In this document: in pieces, positions 11,392 through 21,814 of the stretch
Layout: every line of letters starts with the position of its first letter
How positions within the stretch are numbered: the stretch's first letter is position 1
DNA from: a virus
Strand: one strand, 5' to 3'
Virus record (IMG/VR): IMGVR_UViG_3300023174_000061
DNA length: 64,000 nt
Notes under the pieces: generated by a model
What the model saw: the letters and a program-made list of their open reading frames with translations, nothing else
Told to the model about the DNA's origin: nothing
Databases searched by the model: none
Made by a program: the position numbers and the translations under genes

Positions 11392-12450
11392 ATGTTAGGA
11401 ACTTATAGTTACAATGAAATAATTAGAAAAACTATTATTGCTTTTGGTACACTTTTCAATGAAGTGTATATTAAGCACGAGGAGCAAGATGGTACTGATT
11501 ATAGTTTTATAAAAGTTCCTATTGCTTATGGTCCAATTCAAAAGTTTTTAGCAAGAGTAGAACAAAAACCAGATTTAAGAAAAAGAGTTGCAATGACTCT
11601 TCCTCGAATGTCTTTTGAGATGACGAGTTTGAAATATGATAGTAGTAGAAAAGTTTCTGCTATGCAAACATTCAAGGCAATAAAAACTACTGATAGAACA
11701 GAACAAATTAAAGTCTTTATGCCTGTTCCTTATAATATTGGATTTCAACTTAGTATTATGACTAAGTTGAATGATGATATGCTTCAAATTGTAGAGCAAA
11801 TTCTTCCAGCATTTCAACCAAATTTTACATTAACAATTAATTTGATTTCATCAATAGGTGAGAAAAAGGATGTTCCCATAACTCTAGAAGGAATTAGTAT
11901 GGAAGATAATTATGAAGGTGATTATACAGAAAGAAGGGCTTTAATATATACTTTAAACTTTACAGCAAAAACATATCTATTTGGTCCAATTGCTAATAGT
12001 ACAGATGGATTAATCAAAAAAGTCCAAGTTGATTATTATACAAATACAGACACCAAGAATGCATCAAGACAACTAAGATATACTGCTACTCCGAGAGCAA
12101 TTAAGGATTATAATAACGATAATACAACAACACTTGCTGAAAATATTGATGATAAAGTAACTGCATTTAATGTTTCAAGTGCTGTCTCTTTAATTAATGA
12201 ATCTTATATTATGATTGGTAATGAAGAAATGTATATTAAAAATATTTCTGGGAATATTCTAACTGTATCAAGAGGACAAGACAATACAACAATCACATCT
12301 CACACTGAAGGTGATTCGATTGATGTAATTACAACAGCAGATAATGAATTAGTTGAAATGGACGATGATTTTGGATTTAGTGAATCTCGTTTTGATTTTG
12401 GTGATGGTAAAGTTTATAGTACAACAAAGGGGATTGATGTATCATTATGA
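11392..12450 (+). CDS. gp15: Tail sheath stabilizer/terminator gp15
   Basis: IRKTIIAFGTLFN, KVPIAYGP.QKFLAR, LPRMSFE, QIVEQILP.FQP motifs. Confidence 0.92.
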   Translation: MLGTYSYNEIIRKTIIAFGTLFNEVYIKHEEQDGTDYSFIKVPIAYGPIQKFLARVEQKPDLRKRVAMTLPRMSFEMTSLKYDSSRKVSAMQTFKAIKTTDRTEQIKVFMPVPYNIGFQLSIMTKLNDDMLQIVEQILPAFQPNFTLTINLISSIGEKKDVPITLEGISMEDNYEGDYTERRALIYTLNFTAKTYLFGPIANSTDGLIKKVQVDYYTNTDTKNASRQLRYTATPRAIKDYNNDNTTTLAENIDDKVTAFNVSSAVSLINESYIMIGNEEMYIKNISGNILTVSRGQDNTTITSHTEGDSIDVITTADNELVEMDDDFGFSESRFDFGDGKVYSTTKGIDVSL

Positions 12451-12869
12451 AAAGTAAATTTGAAAATATAGATGAAGCATTAGAGATAGAAGCAACTTCT
12501 GTATCAAAAGAGATTGTAAAAAAATCAAAAGAAGTAATATCAAGACCGACTTCTGGGGAAGAGAGTGATAAGGATTATGAATACACAAGAGGAAATTTGT
12601 ATTCATTGATTGAAAAAGGACAAGAAGCAATTGATAGTATTATGGATTTAGCACAACAAAGTGATAGTCCAAGAGCATATGAAGTAGCAGGTCAGTTAAT
12701 TAAAAATGTTGGTGATGTAACTGATAAGTTAATTGATTTACAACATAAGATGAAGAAACTTAAAGAAGAAGACAATAGAGGTCCTTCTACTGTTAATAAT
12801 TCTGTCTTTATTGGTTCCACAGCAGACCTTCAAAAAATATTGAAGCAAGGTCTAATGGACTCTAAATAG
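12447..12869 (+). CDS. gp16: Terminase small subunit gp16
   Basis: DYEYTRGNLYSLIEKG, SPRAYEVAGQLIK, NNSVFIGST motifs. Confidence 0.9.
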   Translation: MKSKFENIDEALEIEATSVSKEIVKKSKEVISRPTSGEESDKDYEYTRGNLYSLIEKGQEAIDSIMDLAQQSDSPRAYEVAGQLIKNVGDVTDKLIDLQHKMKKLKEEDNRGPSTVNNSVFIGSTADLQKILKQGLMDSK

Positions 12870-12883
12870 TTAAAAAATTTCTA

Positions 12884-13954
12884 ATGAAAACTTTTCAGGA
12901 ATTTATTTTAGAATCACATTGCAATAGCAGTCCAAAGGGAATAAACTGCCCATCACACGGAAGTGTAAAGTGTCCTAAAGTAAAATCACACAAAACAGTT
13001 GAAGCAATTGCGAAGAAGCATCGTATGGAGGTCTCTGATATTCAAAGGCAACTTGATATGGGAATTCCTATTGAGCACGAGCATACAAAAGATAAAGCAT
13101 TAGCAACTTATATTTCTCTTCAGCATCTTGATGAAATACCAGATTATTATACTCGTCTCAAGAAAATGGAAGCAAGTGCGAAAAAGGAACACAAGAAGTT
13201 TAAAGATGTAAAGGAAACAGTTACAATTGAAGATGCAAATGGAAATACATTTTTAGAAATTATTGATTTAATTAAACCAGAAAGAATGAAAGGTATTAGT
13301 GAAGGAACAAAATCTGGTGATACATCTCTCCACGATTGGTTTACAAAAAGCAAATCAAGTGATGGAAAACCAGGATGGATTCAGTTGGGAGGTAGATATG
13401 CAGGCAAACCTTGTGCGAAACAACCAGGACAAAATACTAAACCAAAATGTGGTTCATCAAAAATGGCTGCAAATATGTCTGATGATGAAGAAAATGCAGC
13501 AGCAAGAAGAAAAAGAAAAGAAGACCCAAATCCAGATAGGTCAGGACAAGCAAAAAATGTTAAGACCGAAGAATTTGTAAATGAGGATGCCTGCAAAGAA
13601 AAAGTAAAGTCTCGTTATAGAATTTGGCCTAGTGCTTATGCTTCTGGAGCAGTTGTAAAATGTCGTAAAGTTGGTGCTTCAAATTGGGGTAATAAAAGTA
13701 AAGATGTAAAAGAAGGGTATACACGGATACAGTCTCGTGGGTCTACTTATAGTATTATGTTAAATTGGAGAGGAAAATATCTTTCAGTTCAAATGTTTTT
13801 CCCACAATTTGCTAGACCTCCAAAAGATCAGGTCACTTTTGAAGTAAGAAAGATTTATCCTGGCGCAATTGTATTATCATATAATCCATCAATAAAAGAT
13901 CCAACAAAACCATTATTGTTTACAGGAGATGAAAATGAATCCAGACGACATTAA
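12884..13954 (+). CDS. Modular basic protein, putative capsid-internal polyprotein (includes a DUF5661-like HEHT..LQHLDEIPDYYTRL module)
   Basis: Begins MKTFQEFILE, close to the T4 internal-protein capsid targeting sequence MKTYQEFIAE. Modules are separated by [IV]xE sites. CTAAATA at 12862. Confidence 0.6.
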   Translation: MKTFQEFILESHCNSSPKGINCPSHGSVKCPKVKSHKTVEAIAKKHRMEVSDIQRQLDMGIPIEHEHTKDKALATYISLQHLDEIPDYYTRLKKMEASAKKEHKKFKDVKETVTIEDANGNTFLEIIDLIKPERMKGISEGTKSGDTSLHDWFTKSKSSDGKPGWIQLGGRYAGKPCAKQPGQNTKPKCGSSKMAANMSDDEENAAARRKRKEDPNPDRSGQAKNVKTEEFVNEDACKEKVKSRYRIWPSAYASGAVVKCRKVGASNWGNKSKDVKEGYTRIQSRGSTYSIMLNWRGKYLSVQMFFPQFARPPKDQVTFEVRKIYPGAIVLSYNPSIKDPTKPLLFTGDENESRRH

Positions 13955-14111
13955 ACTAGAAAATCTTTCTAAGATTTTTGAATATGAAAGAATTTCTAGA
14001 GAAATTGATTCTTGTGAAGATGTAGAACTTTTGAAGAATATATCAAAATCTTATGTGAAACTTTACTTTAAACAACAAGAAACAGTCGCAAGTATGTCTA
14101 TTAATTTATGA
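13935..14111 (+). CDS. Small two-helix protein, possibly NblA-like
   Basis: 58 aa with RBS AGGAG upstream. Pattern L..L...FE......ID......L......Y..L...QQ resembles the NblA helix-loop-helix. The family call is tentative. Confidence 0.4.
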   Translation: MNPDDIKLENLSKIFEYERISREIDSCEDVELLKNISKSYVKLYFKQQETVASMSINL

Positions 14112-15757
14112 TTGAAAAACATTATAAGGGCAATCCGAATTTAAAAGCGGAAAATGTCAAGATTGAATTTACAACAGACCAAATTCAAGAATATCTAAAA
14201 TGCAAAGATGATCCAATTTATTTTGCAAAGAATTATGTAAAGATTGTTTCTTTGGATCACGGTTTAATGCCTTTTGAGATGTATGATTTTCAGGAAGAAT
14301 TAATTACAAACTTTCACGAAAATAGATTTAATATTGCAAAACTTCCTAGACAGACAGGAAAATCAACAACTGTTGTATCGTATCTTCTACATTACGCACT
14401 TTTTAATGATAATATAAGAATTGCAATTCTAGCAAACAAAGCAGCAACTGCAATAGAACTTTTAGGTAGATTACAACTGTCTTATGAGAATTTACCAAAG
14501 TGGTTGCAGCAGGGTGTTGGTTCTTGGAACAAAGGTTCGTTGGAACTTGAAAATGGTTCTAAAATCGTAGCAGCATCCACATCATCATCTGCTGTTCGAG
14601 GAAATTCTTTCAATATTATTTTCTTGGACGAATTTGCGTTCATTCCAAATCATATTGCAGAACAATTTTTCTCTTCTGTGTATCCTACTATTTCTTCAGG
14701 TCAAAGTACAAAGGTTATTATCATCTCAACTCCTAATGGGATGAATATGTTTTATAAACTTTGGCACGATGCCGAAAGAGGAAAGAATGGTTATATTCCA
14801 CTTGAAGTTCATTGGTCTGCTGTGCCTGGAAGGGACGCAGAGTGGAAACGACAAACAATTGCGAATACTTCTGAACGACAGTTTACACAAGAATTTGAGT
14901 GCGAATTCTTGGGGTCTGTTGATACTTTAATTACTCCATCCAAACTTAGAATGATGGTTTATGATGATCCACTTACTAGGAGTAAAGGATTAGATGTATA
15001 TGAAGATCCAAAAGAAAAAAATACCTATTTAATGACGGTAGATGTATCTCGTGGGATGAGTAATGATTACTCTGCATTTATTGTATTTGATATTAGTCAA
15101 TTCCCATATAAAGTAGTTGCAAAATATCGAAACAATGAAATAAAACCTATGCTTTTCCCAAATATTATTTACGATGTAGCGAAAGCATACAATAAATCAT
15201 TTGTTCTCGCAGAAGTAAATGATATTGGAGAACAAGTATCAAGCATACTTCATTTTGATTTGGAATACGATAATATTTTGATGTGTTCAATGAGGGGAAG
15301 AGCAGGACAAATGGTCGGCCAAGGATTTTCTGGAAAGAAAACTCAACTTGGAATTAAAATGTCCAAAACTGTTAAAAAAATTGGTTGCTCTAACTTAAAA
15401 ACAATTATTGAAGACGATAAGTTAGTCATTAAAGATTATGATATTATTAGTGAGTTAACAACTTTTATTCAAAAAAGTCAATCATTTGAAGCAGAAGAAG
15501 GATGTAATGACGACCTTGCAATGTGTCTTGTTATTTTTGCTTGGTTAGTCGTTCAAGATTATTTTAAAGAAATGACGGACAATGATGTTCGTAAAAGAAT
15601 ATATGAAGATCAAAAAGACCAAATAGAACAAGATATGGCTCCATTTGGTTTTATGTCTGATGGATTGAGTGAAGACACATCATTTGTTGATAATGATGGT
15701 GATAGGTGGCATTTGGATGAGTATGGAGATAGATCTTATATGTGGGAGTATCATTAG
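14108..15757 (+). CDS. gp17: Terminase large subunit gp17
   Basis: Walker A PRQTGKST, Walker B IIFLDEFAF, ISTPNG, nuclease VDVSRG and DDLAM. Confidence 0.97.
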   Translation: MIEKHYKGNPNLKAENVKIEFTTDQIQEYLKCKDDPIYFAKNYVKIVSLDHGLMPFEMYDFQEELITNFHENRFNIAKLPRQTGKSTTVVSYLLHYALFNDNIRIAILANKAATAIELLGRLQLSYENLPKWLQQGVGSWNKGSLELENGSKIVAASTSSSAVRGNSFNIIFLDEFAFIPNHIAEQFFSSVYPTISSGQSTKVIIISTPNGMNMFYKLWHDAERGKNGYIPLEVHWSAVPGRDAEWKRQTIANTSERQFTQEFECEFLGSVDTLITPSKLRMMVYDDPLTRSKGLDVYEDPKEKNTYLMTVDVSRGMSNDYSAFIVFDISQFPYKVVAKYRNNEIKPMLFPNIIYDVAKAYNKSFVLAEVNDIGEQVSSILHFDLEYDNILMCSMRGRAGQMVGQGFSGKKTQLGIKMSKTVKKIGCSNLKTIIEDDKLVIKDYDIISELTTFIQKSQSFEAEEGCNDDLAMCLVIFAWLVVQDYFKEMTDNDVRKRIYEDQKDQIEQDMAPFGFMSDGLSEDTSFVDNDGDRWHLDEYGDRSYMWEYH

Positions 15758-15775
15758 CAGATAAGGTTAGTAATT

Positions 15776-15783
15776 TATAAATA
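15776..15783 (+). promoter_or_regulatory. T4-type late promoter upstream of gp18
   Basis: TATAAATA, intergenic. Confidence 0.8.
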
Positions 15784-15822
15784 CTTCTAGGCAAAAATGA
15801 ACTTCTTCACGAGGGGAAACAG

Positions 15823-18225
15823 ATGGCGTTAAATTTAGTATCACCAGGTGTCAAGATAAGAGAAGTTGACTTGACTGTTGGTGGAATTACCGCAGCAAAT
15901 AATCAAGTTGGAGCTATTGCTGGTCCTTTCCAAAAAGGTCCAGTTAATGTTCCTATTTTAATTGAAACAGAGAATGATTTACTCAACACATTTGGAAAAC
16001 CAATTTCTTCAGATTCGCAATACGAATATTGGTTAGGTGCTGCTTCATATCTTTCTTACGGTGGTGTTCTAAGAGTTGTAAGATGCGATGGAACAAACTT
16101 AAACAACGCAAATTCTACTGGGATTGGTTCGACCACAGGAACTACACTCAAAATTGAATCAACAGAAGATTATAATAACACTCATTCTACTGATACTGCT
16201 TGGGCTTGGGCTGCTAGAAACCCAGGTTCTTGGGCAAATAACTTAAAAGTTTGTGTTATTGATGCAGCAGCAGATCAAAGAATTGCAATATCAACTTATG
16301 GATTAAATGTTGGTTATGCTGTTACTGCTGCTTTCTCCCAATCAGTTGCTGGTGTTGGAACAGTAACAACAGAAGCAGGAGTTCTTAAAGGTATTGTTAC
16401 TAAAGTTAATAGTGGTTCGATTGATGTAAAAATTACTGCAAAATCTTCTGGTGCTGGTTCAACTGTATTTACAGAAACTTCTTACTCTGAAGGAAGTGTA
16501 AGTGCATTTGGTGCTGGAAATATCAAAATTACAGACAATAGTAATAATTTTGTTAAAATTGAAGAAGCATCAGTTTCAAGATTTTATGGTGTAGTTGCTA
16601 CTGGTTCGACAGTAATTAATCCAGTAGATGCATCTACAAATCTTCCAACTACAATTACCGCAGGACAATTTATTGTCCCAGTTACTGGATCTTCTCTCCC
16701 AACTGGAACTACTTATACTGTAGGAATTGGAACAACGATCAATGGTGGTGCAACACAAACTGCACTTGGTTTAAGTACATCAGCAACTGGATCTGGAACA
16801 GTAGAATTTTTGGTTCTTAATGTTGGTTCTGCTGGTGAAACAATTTCAACACCATCCGATTGGTATAATCAGCAAACTTTAGGATTATCAAATTCTACTG
16901 TTTATTGGAAAAATATTGCGCCAAGACCAAGAACTTCTGAGTATGCTTCACAAAGAAATGGAAGAAATGATGAACTTCACATCGTTGTTATTGATGATAT
17001 TGGAACAGTGACTGGTGTTGCTGGTAATATTCTTGAAAAATATACCAATGTATCTAAGGCATATGATGCTAAGATTTCTCCATCAGAAGCAAATTACTAT
17101 AAGGATATTGTTGCTGCAAATTCACAATATATTTTCCCTGGATTTGCTCCAACTGGTGTTGATACAAAATTCTCAACAGTATCTGGAGTTGGATCGGCAA
17201 CTGATACTACTTGGGGTCTAGCAGCACAAGATAATATATTCAATTGTATTGGAGCATCTATCTACAATTTAACTAATGGTAAAGATTATTCTGGACCTAA
17301 TAGTGTTGGTGGTTATTCAGTTGGTTTATCAGATGTAATTAGTGGTTACAGAAACTTTACAAATTCATCAGAATATCAAATCAACTTTTTAATTGGTGGT
17401 CCTTCTGGTGGTGCTACAATTCAAGAATCACAAGCAAAAGCAAATGAATTAATTTCAATTGCAGAGGTTCGTAAGGACTGTGTTGCTACTATTTCACCAC
17501 ATAAAGCAGGTGTTGTTAATATAGCAAACTCTGATACTCAAACTACTAATATTGTTAATTTCTTTGATCCATTAACCTCATCATCTTATGCAGTATTTGA
17601 TACTGGTTATAAGTACGTTTATGATAGATTTAATAATCAGTTCAGATATATTGCTTGTAATGCTGACGTTGCTGGATTGATGGCTAGAACATCAATTAAT
17701 CAGTATCCTTGGTTCTCACCTGCTGGTGCAAACAGAGGAGCATTGAATAACGCAGTTAAACTTGCGTTCAATCCTTCACAAGCACAAAGAGATACTCTTT
17801 ATCCTAAGAGAATTAATCCAATTATCTTCTCTCCTGGTGCTGGTATTATTCTCTTTGGTGATAAGACTGCTCTTTCATACACTTCGGCATTTGATAGAAT
17901 TAACGTTCGTCGTTTGTTCCTTACACTTGAAGCATCAATTGAAAGAGCAGCAAGAGCACAACTGTTTGAATTTAATGATACAATCACTAGAGCAAACTTT
18001 GTTAATATCGTTGATCCTTATCTCCGTGACGTGAAGTCAAAAAGAGGTATTACCGATTTCGTTGTTGTATGCGACGAGTCAAACAATACTCCTGATGTTA
18101 TTGATGGAAATCAGTTTAAAGCTGATATTTACATCAAACCTGCAAGATCAATCAACTTTATCGGATTGACTTTTGTTGCTACTCGCACAGGAGTTAGTTT
18201 TGAAGAAATTATCGGTACTGTTTAA
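15823..18225 (+). CDS. gp18: Tail sheath protein gp18
   Basis: SPGVKIREVDLT, WFSPAG.NRG, FDRINVRRLF, IKPARSINFI motifs. Confidence 0.97.
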   Translation: MALNLVSPGVKIREVDLTVGGITAANNQVGAIAGPFQKGPVNVPILIETENDLLNTFGKPISSDSQYEYWLGAASYLSYGGVLRVVRCDGTNLNNANSTGIGSTTGTTLKIESTEDYNNTHSTDTAWAWAARNPGSWANNLKVCVIDAAADQRIAISTYGLNVGYAVTAAFSQSVAGVGTVTTEAGVLKGIVTKVNSGSIDVKITAKSSGAGSTVFTETSYSEGSVSAFGAGNIKITDNSNNFVKIEEASVSRFYGVVATGSTVINPVDASTNLPTTITAGQFIVPVTGSSLPTGTTYTVGIGTTINGGATQTALGLSTSATGSGTVEFLVLNVGSAGETISTPSDWYNQQTLGLSNSTVYWKNIAPRPRTSEYASQRNGRNDELHIVVIDDIGTVTGVAGNILEKYTNVSKAYDAKISPSEANYYKDIVAANSQYIFPGFAPTGVDTKFSTVSGVGSATDTTWGLAAQDNIFNCIGASIYNLTNGKDYSGPNSVGGYSVGLSDVISGYRNFTNSSEYQINFLIGGPSGGATIQESQAKANELISIAEVRKDCVATISPHKAGVVNIANSDTQTTNIVNFFDPLTSSSYAVFDTGYKYVYDRFNNQFRYIACNADVAGLMARTSINQYPWFSPAGANRGALNNAVKLAFNPSQAQRDTLYPKRINPIIFSPGAGIILFGDKTALSYTSAFDRINVRRLFLTLEASIERAARAQLFEFNDTITRANFVNIVDPYLRDVKSKRGITDFVVVCDESNNTPDVIDGNQFKADIYIKPARSINFIGLTFVATRTGVSFEEIIGTV

Positions 18226-18243
18226 TTAAAGAGGTAAAAAACA

Positions 18244-18942
18244 ATGGCAAACAATCCTGGAACAGCAACTGGTGGTGGTATTTCACCAAGTAATAGAACT
18301 TTAAATGACTTCAAAAATAGAATGTCTGGAGGTGGAGCAAGACCCAACCTCTTTGAATGTGAGATTAATTTTCCAACTGGTATCAGTTATGCTGAAGACG
18401 GTACATCATTAGCAGAAAAAACTAGATTTTTAGTCAAAGCAACGTCATTACCTGGTTCAACAATCAATGTGATTGATATTCCTTTTAGAGGAAGAAATTT
18501 GAAAATCGCAGGTGATAGAACATTCGATCCTTGGACGATTACTGTAATTAATGATGTTGACTTTAATATTAGAAATGCTTTTGAAAAGTGGATGAACTAT
18601 ATGAATAAGCACGAAGATAATTCAGGAGAACTAAATCCTGTTAATTATCAGAGGGATATGAAGGTTTATCAACTTGGTAAAGCAGGTATGAATGATATGG
18701 CAACCAATGGAAATATGCAAATCCTCAAAACTTATCGATTTTATGGATTGTTCCCAACTTCCATTAGTGCTATTGATCTTTCTTACGATCAAGCAGATAC
18801 TATTGAAGAATTCACAGTAGATCTTCAAGTTCAGTGGTGGGATGCTCTTGATAGTTCTGGTGCAAGCATTCTTGGATCTGGAACTCAAGAAGATTTTACT
18901 TCAACTTCAACTAGTGCAGAAGCAGGAATAGTATTCAGATAA
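18244..18942 (+). CDS. gp19: Tail tube protein gp19
   Basis: GGGARPNLFE, FRGR.LKIAGDRTFDPWTITVIND, IEEFTVDLQVQWW motifs. Confidence 0.95.
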   Translation: MANNPGTATGGGISPSNRTLNDFKNRMSGGGARPNLFECEINFPTGISYAEDGTSLAEKTRFLVKATSLPGSTINVIDIPFRGRNLKIAGDRTFDPWTITVINDVDFNIRNAFEKWMNYMNKHEDNSGELNPVNYQRDMKVYQLGKAGMNDMATNGNMQILKTYRFYGLFPTSISAIDLSYDQADTIEEFTVDLQVQWWDALDSSGASILGSGTQEDFTSTSTSAEAGIVFR

Positions 18943-18970
18943 ATAGTAGAATAAGGACAATAACGTTACT

Positions 18971-20638
18971 ATGGCAAAACTGTTTGGTTTTAAATTTGAA
19001 GATAATAGGGAGAAGCAATCCAAAAAGATTGTTTCCCCTATTCCTCGTAATGAAGAAGATAAATCAGACTTTTATATTTCAAGTGGATTTTACGGTCAAT
19101 ATGTAGATATTGAGGGTGTTTATAAGAGTGAGGCAGATTTAATCAGAAGATATCGTGAGATGTCTTTGCATCCAGAATGCGATAGTGCGATTGAAGATGT
19201 TGTAAACGAAGCAATTGTATCAGACTTAAACGATTCTCCAGTAGAGATAGACCTTTCAAATCTTCCTGCTTCTGATAAACTAAAAGAGATTATCAGAGAA
19301 GAATTTAAGTATTTGAAAGAAGTTATGGACTTCGATAAGAAGTGCCACGAGATTTTTAGAAACTGGTATGTTGATGGAAGAATCTATTACCATAAAGTAA
19401 TTGATTTCAACAAACCATCAGATGGAATTAAAGAAGTAAGATATATTGATGCGTTAAAAATTAAGTATATAAGAAAATTAAAAAAAGACAACAAAGATGC
19501 TTTTGGTACTGAGTATAGAAAGTTTGTAAATGATAAAAACCAAATCGATTTTAGTAATCAAGAAGTAGAAGAATTTTATATGTATGATCCAAATGTTGGG
19601 TCATCGCAAAATGCTACTTACAGAGTATCAGATGTAAATAATGTAAAAATTGCAAAGGATGCGATTGTATATGTTACGTCTGGTCTTGTAGATAGAAACA
19701 AGCAAACAGTCCTTTCATTCCTTCACAAAGCAATCAAAGCACTTAATCAATTGAGAATGATTGAGGATAGTCTTGTAATTTATAGACTTTCAAGAGCACC
19801 AGAACGTAGAATTTTCTATATTGACGTTGGTAATCTTCCCAAGATTAAAGCAGAGCAGTATCTGCGTGACGTTATGAACCGTTATAGGAACAAACTTGTA
19901 TATGATGCAAGCACTGGTGAAATTAAAGATGATCGCAAGCATATGGCGATGCTTGAAGATTTCTGGTTGCCTAGAAGAGAAGGTGGTCGTGGAACCGAAA
20001 TTACCACACTTCCTGGTGGGCAAAATCTTGGAGAACTTGCTGATATTGAGTATTTCCAAAAGAAACTTTATGATTCTTTAGGTGTTCCACCAACAAGACT
20101 TGCTGCAGAAGGTGGTTTTAATCTTGGTCGTTCATCAGAAATTCTAAGAGATGAACTTAAATTCACTCGTTTTGTTGGAAGATTGAGAAAGAGATTTTCT
20201 CAGATTTTTATTGATTTACTCAAAACTCAATTAATTCTTAAAAATATTGTATCATTAGAAGATTGGGAAGTATTATCCGATCACATTCAGTTTGATTATG
20301 TTTATGATAATCATTTTTCCGATTTAAAGAAAAATGAATTAATGAATGATAAATTGGGTGTTGTTGCTGCGATGGACCCATATCTTGGTCGTTATTTCTC
20401 CGCAGATTATGTAAGAAGAACAATTCTCGGTCAAACTGATAGTGAAATCAAAGAAATTAACGCACAAATGAAAAAAGAAATTAAAGATGGAACTATTCCA
20501 GACCCAGCAGCAATGATGAACCCAATGGGTGCTATGGGTGCTCCACAAGACCCAAATGCACTTGGAGCAATGCCACAAGAACCAGGATTGACTAATAAAC
20601 AAGCAGGTGTTGATTTGGGGTCTGCTGGGGAATTATAA
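18971..20638 (+). CDS. gp20: Portal protein gp20
   Basis: LSRAPERRIFYIDVGNLPK.KAEQYL, EDFWLPRREGGRGTEITTLPGGQNL motifs. Confidence 0.98.
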   Translation: MAKLFGFKFEDNREKQSKKIVSPIPRNEEDKSDFYISSGFYGQYVDIEGVYKSEADLIRRYREMSLHPECDSAIEDVVNEAIVSDLNDSPVEIDLSNLPASDKLKEIIREEFKYLKEVMDFDKKCHEIFRNWYVDGRIYYHKVIDFNKPSDGIKEVRYIDALKIKYIRKLKKDNKDAFGTEYRKFVNDKNQIDFSNQEVEEFYMYDPNVGSSQNATYRVSDVNNVKIAKDAIVYVTSGLVDRNKQTVLSFLHKAIKALNQLRMIEDSLVIYRLSRAPERRIFYIDVGNLPKIKAEQYLRDVMNRYRNKLVYDASTGEIKDDRKHMAMLEDFWLPRREGGRGTEITTLPGGQNLGELADIEYFQKKLYDSLGVPPTRLAAEGGFNLGRSSEILRDELKFTRFVGRLRKRFSQIFIDLLKTQLILKNIVSLEDWEVLSDHIQFDYVYDNHFSDLKKNELMNDKLGVVAAMDPYLGRYFSADYVRRTILGQTDSEIKEINAQMKKEIKDGTIPDPAAMMNPMGAMGAPQDPNALGAMPQEPGLTNKQAGVDLGSAGEL

Positions 20639-20667
20639 ATATTTTTAGTTAAAACACTATTATAACT

Positions 20668-20820
20668 ATGGATGAATTAATGGATATGATTTTAACTGAC
20701 CAATCCCCTGCGGAAGTCAGTGATAAGATTAAAGAAATTCTTTTTGCTAAATCAGCAGAAAAAGTTGATGCTGTAAGACCAGAAGTTGCCGCAAGTCTTT
20801 TTGGTGATGTTGAGGATTGA
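20668..20820 (+). CDS. Small acidic protein at the gp67 position (prohead core-like, 50 aa; below ORF-track cutoff)
   Basis: MDELMDMILTDQSPAEVSDKIKEILFAKSAEKVDAVRPEVAASLFGDVED; follows the late promoter TATAAATA at 20634-20641. Confidence 0.65.
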   Translation: MDELMDMILTDQSPAEVSDKIKEILFAKSAEKVDAVRPEVAASLFGDVED

Positions 20821-20823
20821 TAA

Positions 20824-21813
20824 GTGAGTGACTTTGGAGTAGGTTCCAAGGAATTATCTGATTTTTTTACTGCAATAAGTGCAGGAAAACAAAAAAGAAA
20901 AAAAGAACTCGATGAAACAGTAGGAGATGCTGTTGATGATTTCTTTTCAACGATAAGTACTGGAAAAAAAGTTATTAAAGAAAAGAAAGAAACTCTTGTT
21001 GGGAATTCTTTTGATGAACTTTTTTTGTCTCCATTAAAAGGAGAAATTACTCCAAAGAAAAAGAAAAAAGTACAAGAACAGAAAACTGTTAAGGCATTTG
21101 AGGATTGGTTATATTCAGAGACACCAAAAAAACAAGAACAAGTAATTGAAGAAGTAATTGAAAATTCTTTGGATGAAGTTCTTGAGGTTTTGGAAGAATA
21201 TAAAGAAGAACTTGAAAAACCCAAAGAAGACCTGATTGAAAAATCATTAGGTCTTCTTGCTGAACCAAGTGATGTTAAAGTTCAACAAGACCCATTAACT
21301 CCTCTGGACCAAAAGTTCGCAACACTTGACGATTTACAGAAACATTACAAACTGTTTCTTTCTCGTATTCAACAACAACTCTCCACAATAGGTGGAGGTG
21401 GAGAAACTCGTTTAGAGTTTCTTGATGATGTTGATAGAAATACTACAAAGACCAATAATTATTTTCTCAAATATAATGCGTCTCTGAATAAGTGGGTAGG
21501 AGACCCTGCTGATGGTGTTGGTATTACAAGTATTGTATCTATCACAGGAGTTACTACCTACTATCAGGCAACAGATACTGATGATTATATTGGAGTAAAT
21601 GCAAGTGTTCCTGTAACTATAGTTCTTCCAACATCTCCAAGTATAGGTAAAAAAATCATCGTCAAAGACGAGAGTAATAATATATCTACATATAGTATTA
21701 CAGTTCAAGCAGGTATTGGTAAAAGTGTTGAGAATGATACTTCGGTGATTATGAATATCAATCACCAATCCCTAACTTATTTTTATAATAATTCTAACTG
21801 GTTTTTAATCTAA
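20824..21813 (+). CDS. Composite hypothetical protein (charged N-half, beta-rich structural-type C-domain)
   Basis: E/K-rich N-terminus, GGGG linker, C-terminal DYIGV...VTIVLP....GKKIIVKDE...WFLI domain. Confidence 0.6.
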   Translation: MSDFGVGSKELSDFFTAISAGKQKRKKELDETVGDAVDDFFSTISTGKKVIKEKKETLVGNSFDELFLSPLKGEITPKKKKKVQEQKTVKAFEDWLYSETPKKQEQVIEEVIENSLDEVLEVLEEYKEELEKPKEDLIEKSLGLLAEPSDVKVQQDPLTPLDQKFATLDDLQKHYKLFLSRIQQQLSTIGGGGETRLEFLDDVDRNTTKTNNYFLKYNASLNKWVGDPADGVGITSIVSITGVTTYYQATDTDDYIGVNASVPVTIVLPTSPSIGKKIIVKDESNNISTYSITVQAGIGKSVENDTSVIMNINHQSLTYFYNNSNWFLI

Positions 21814-21814
21814 T

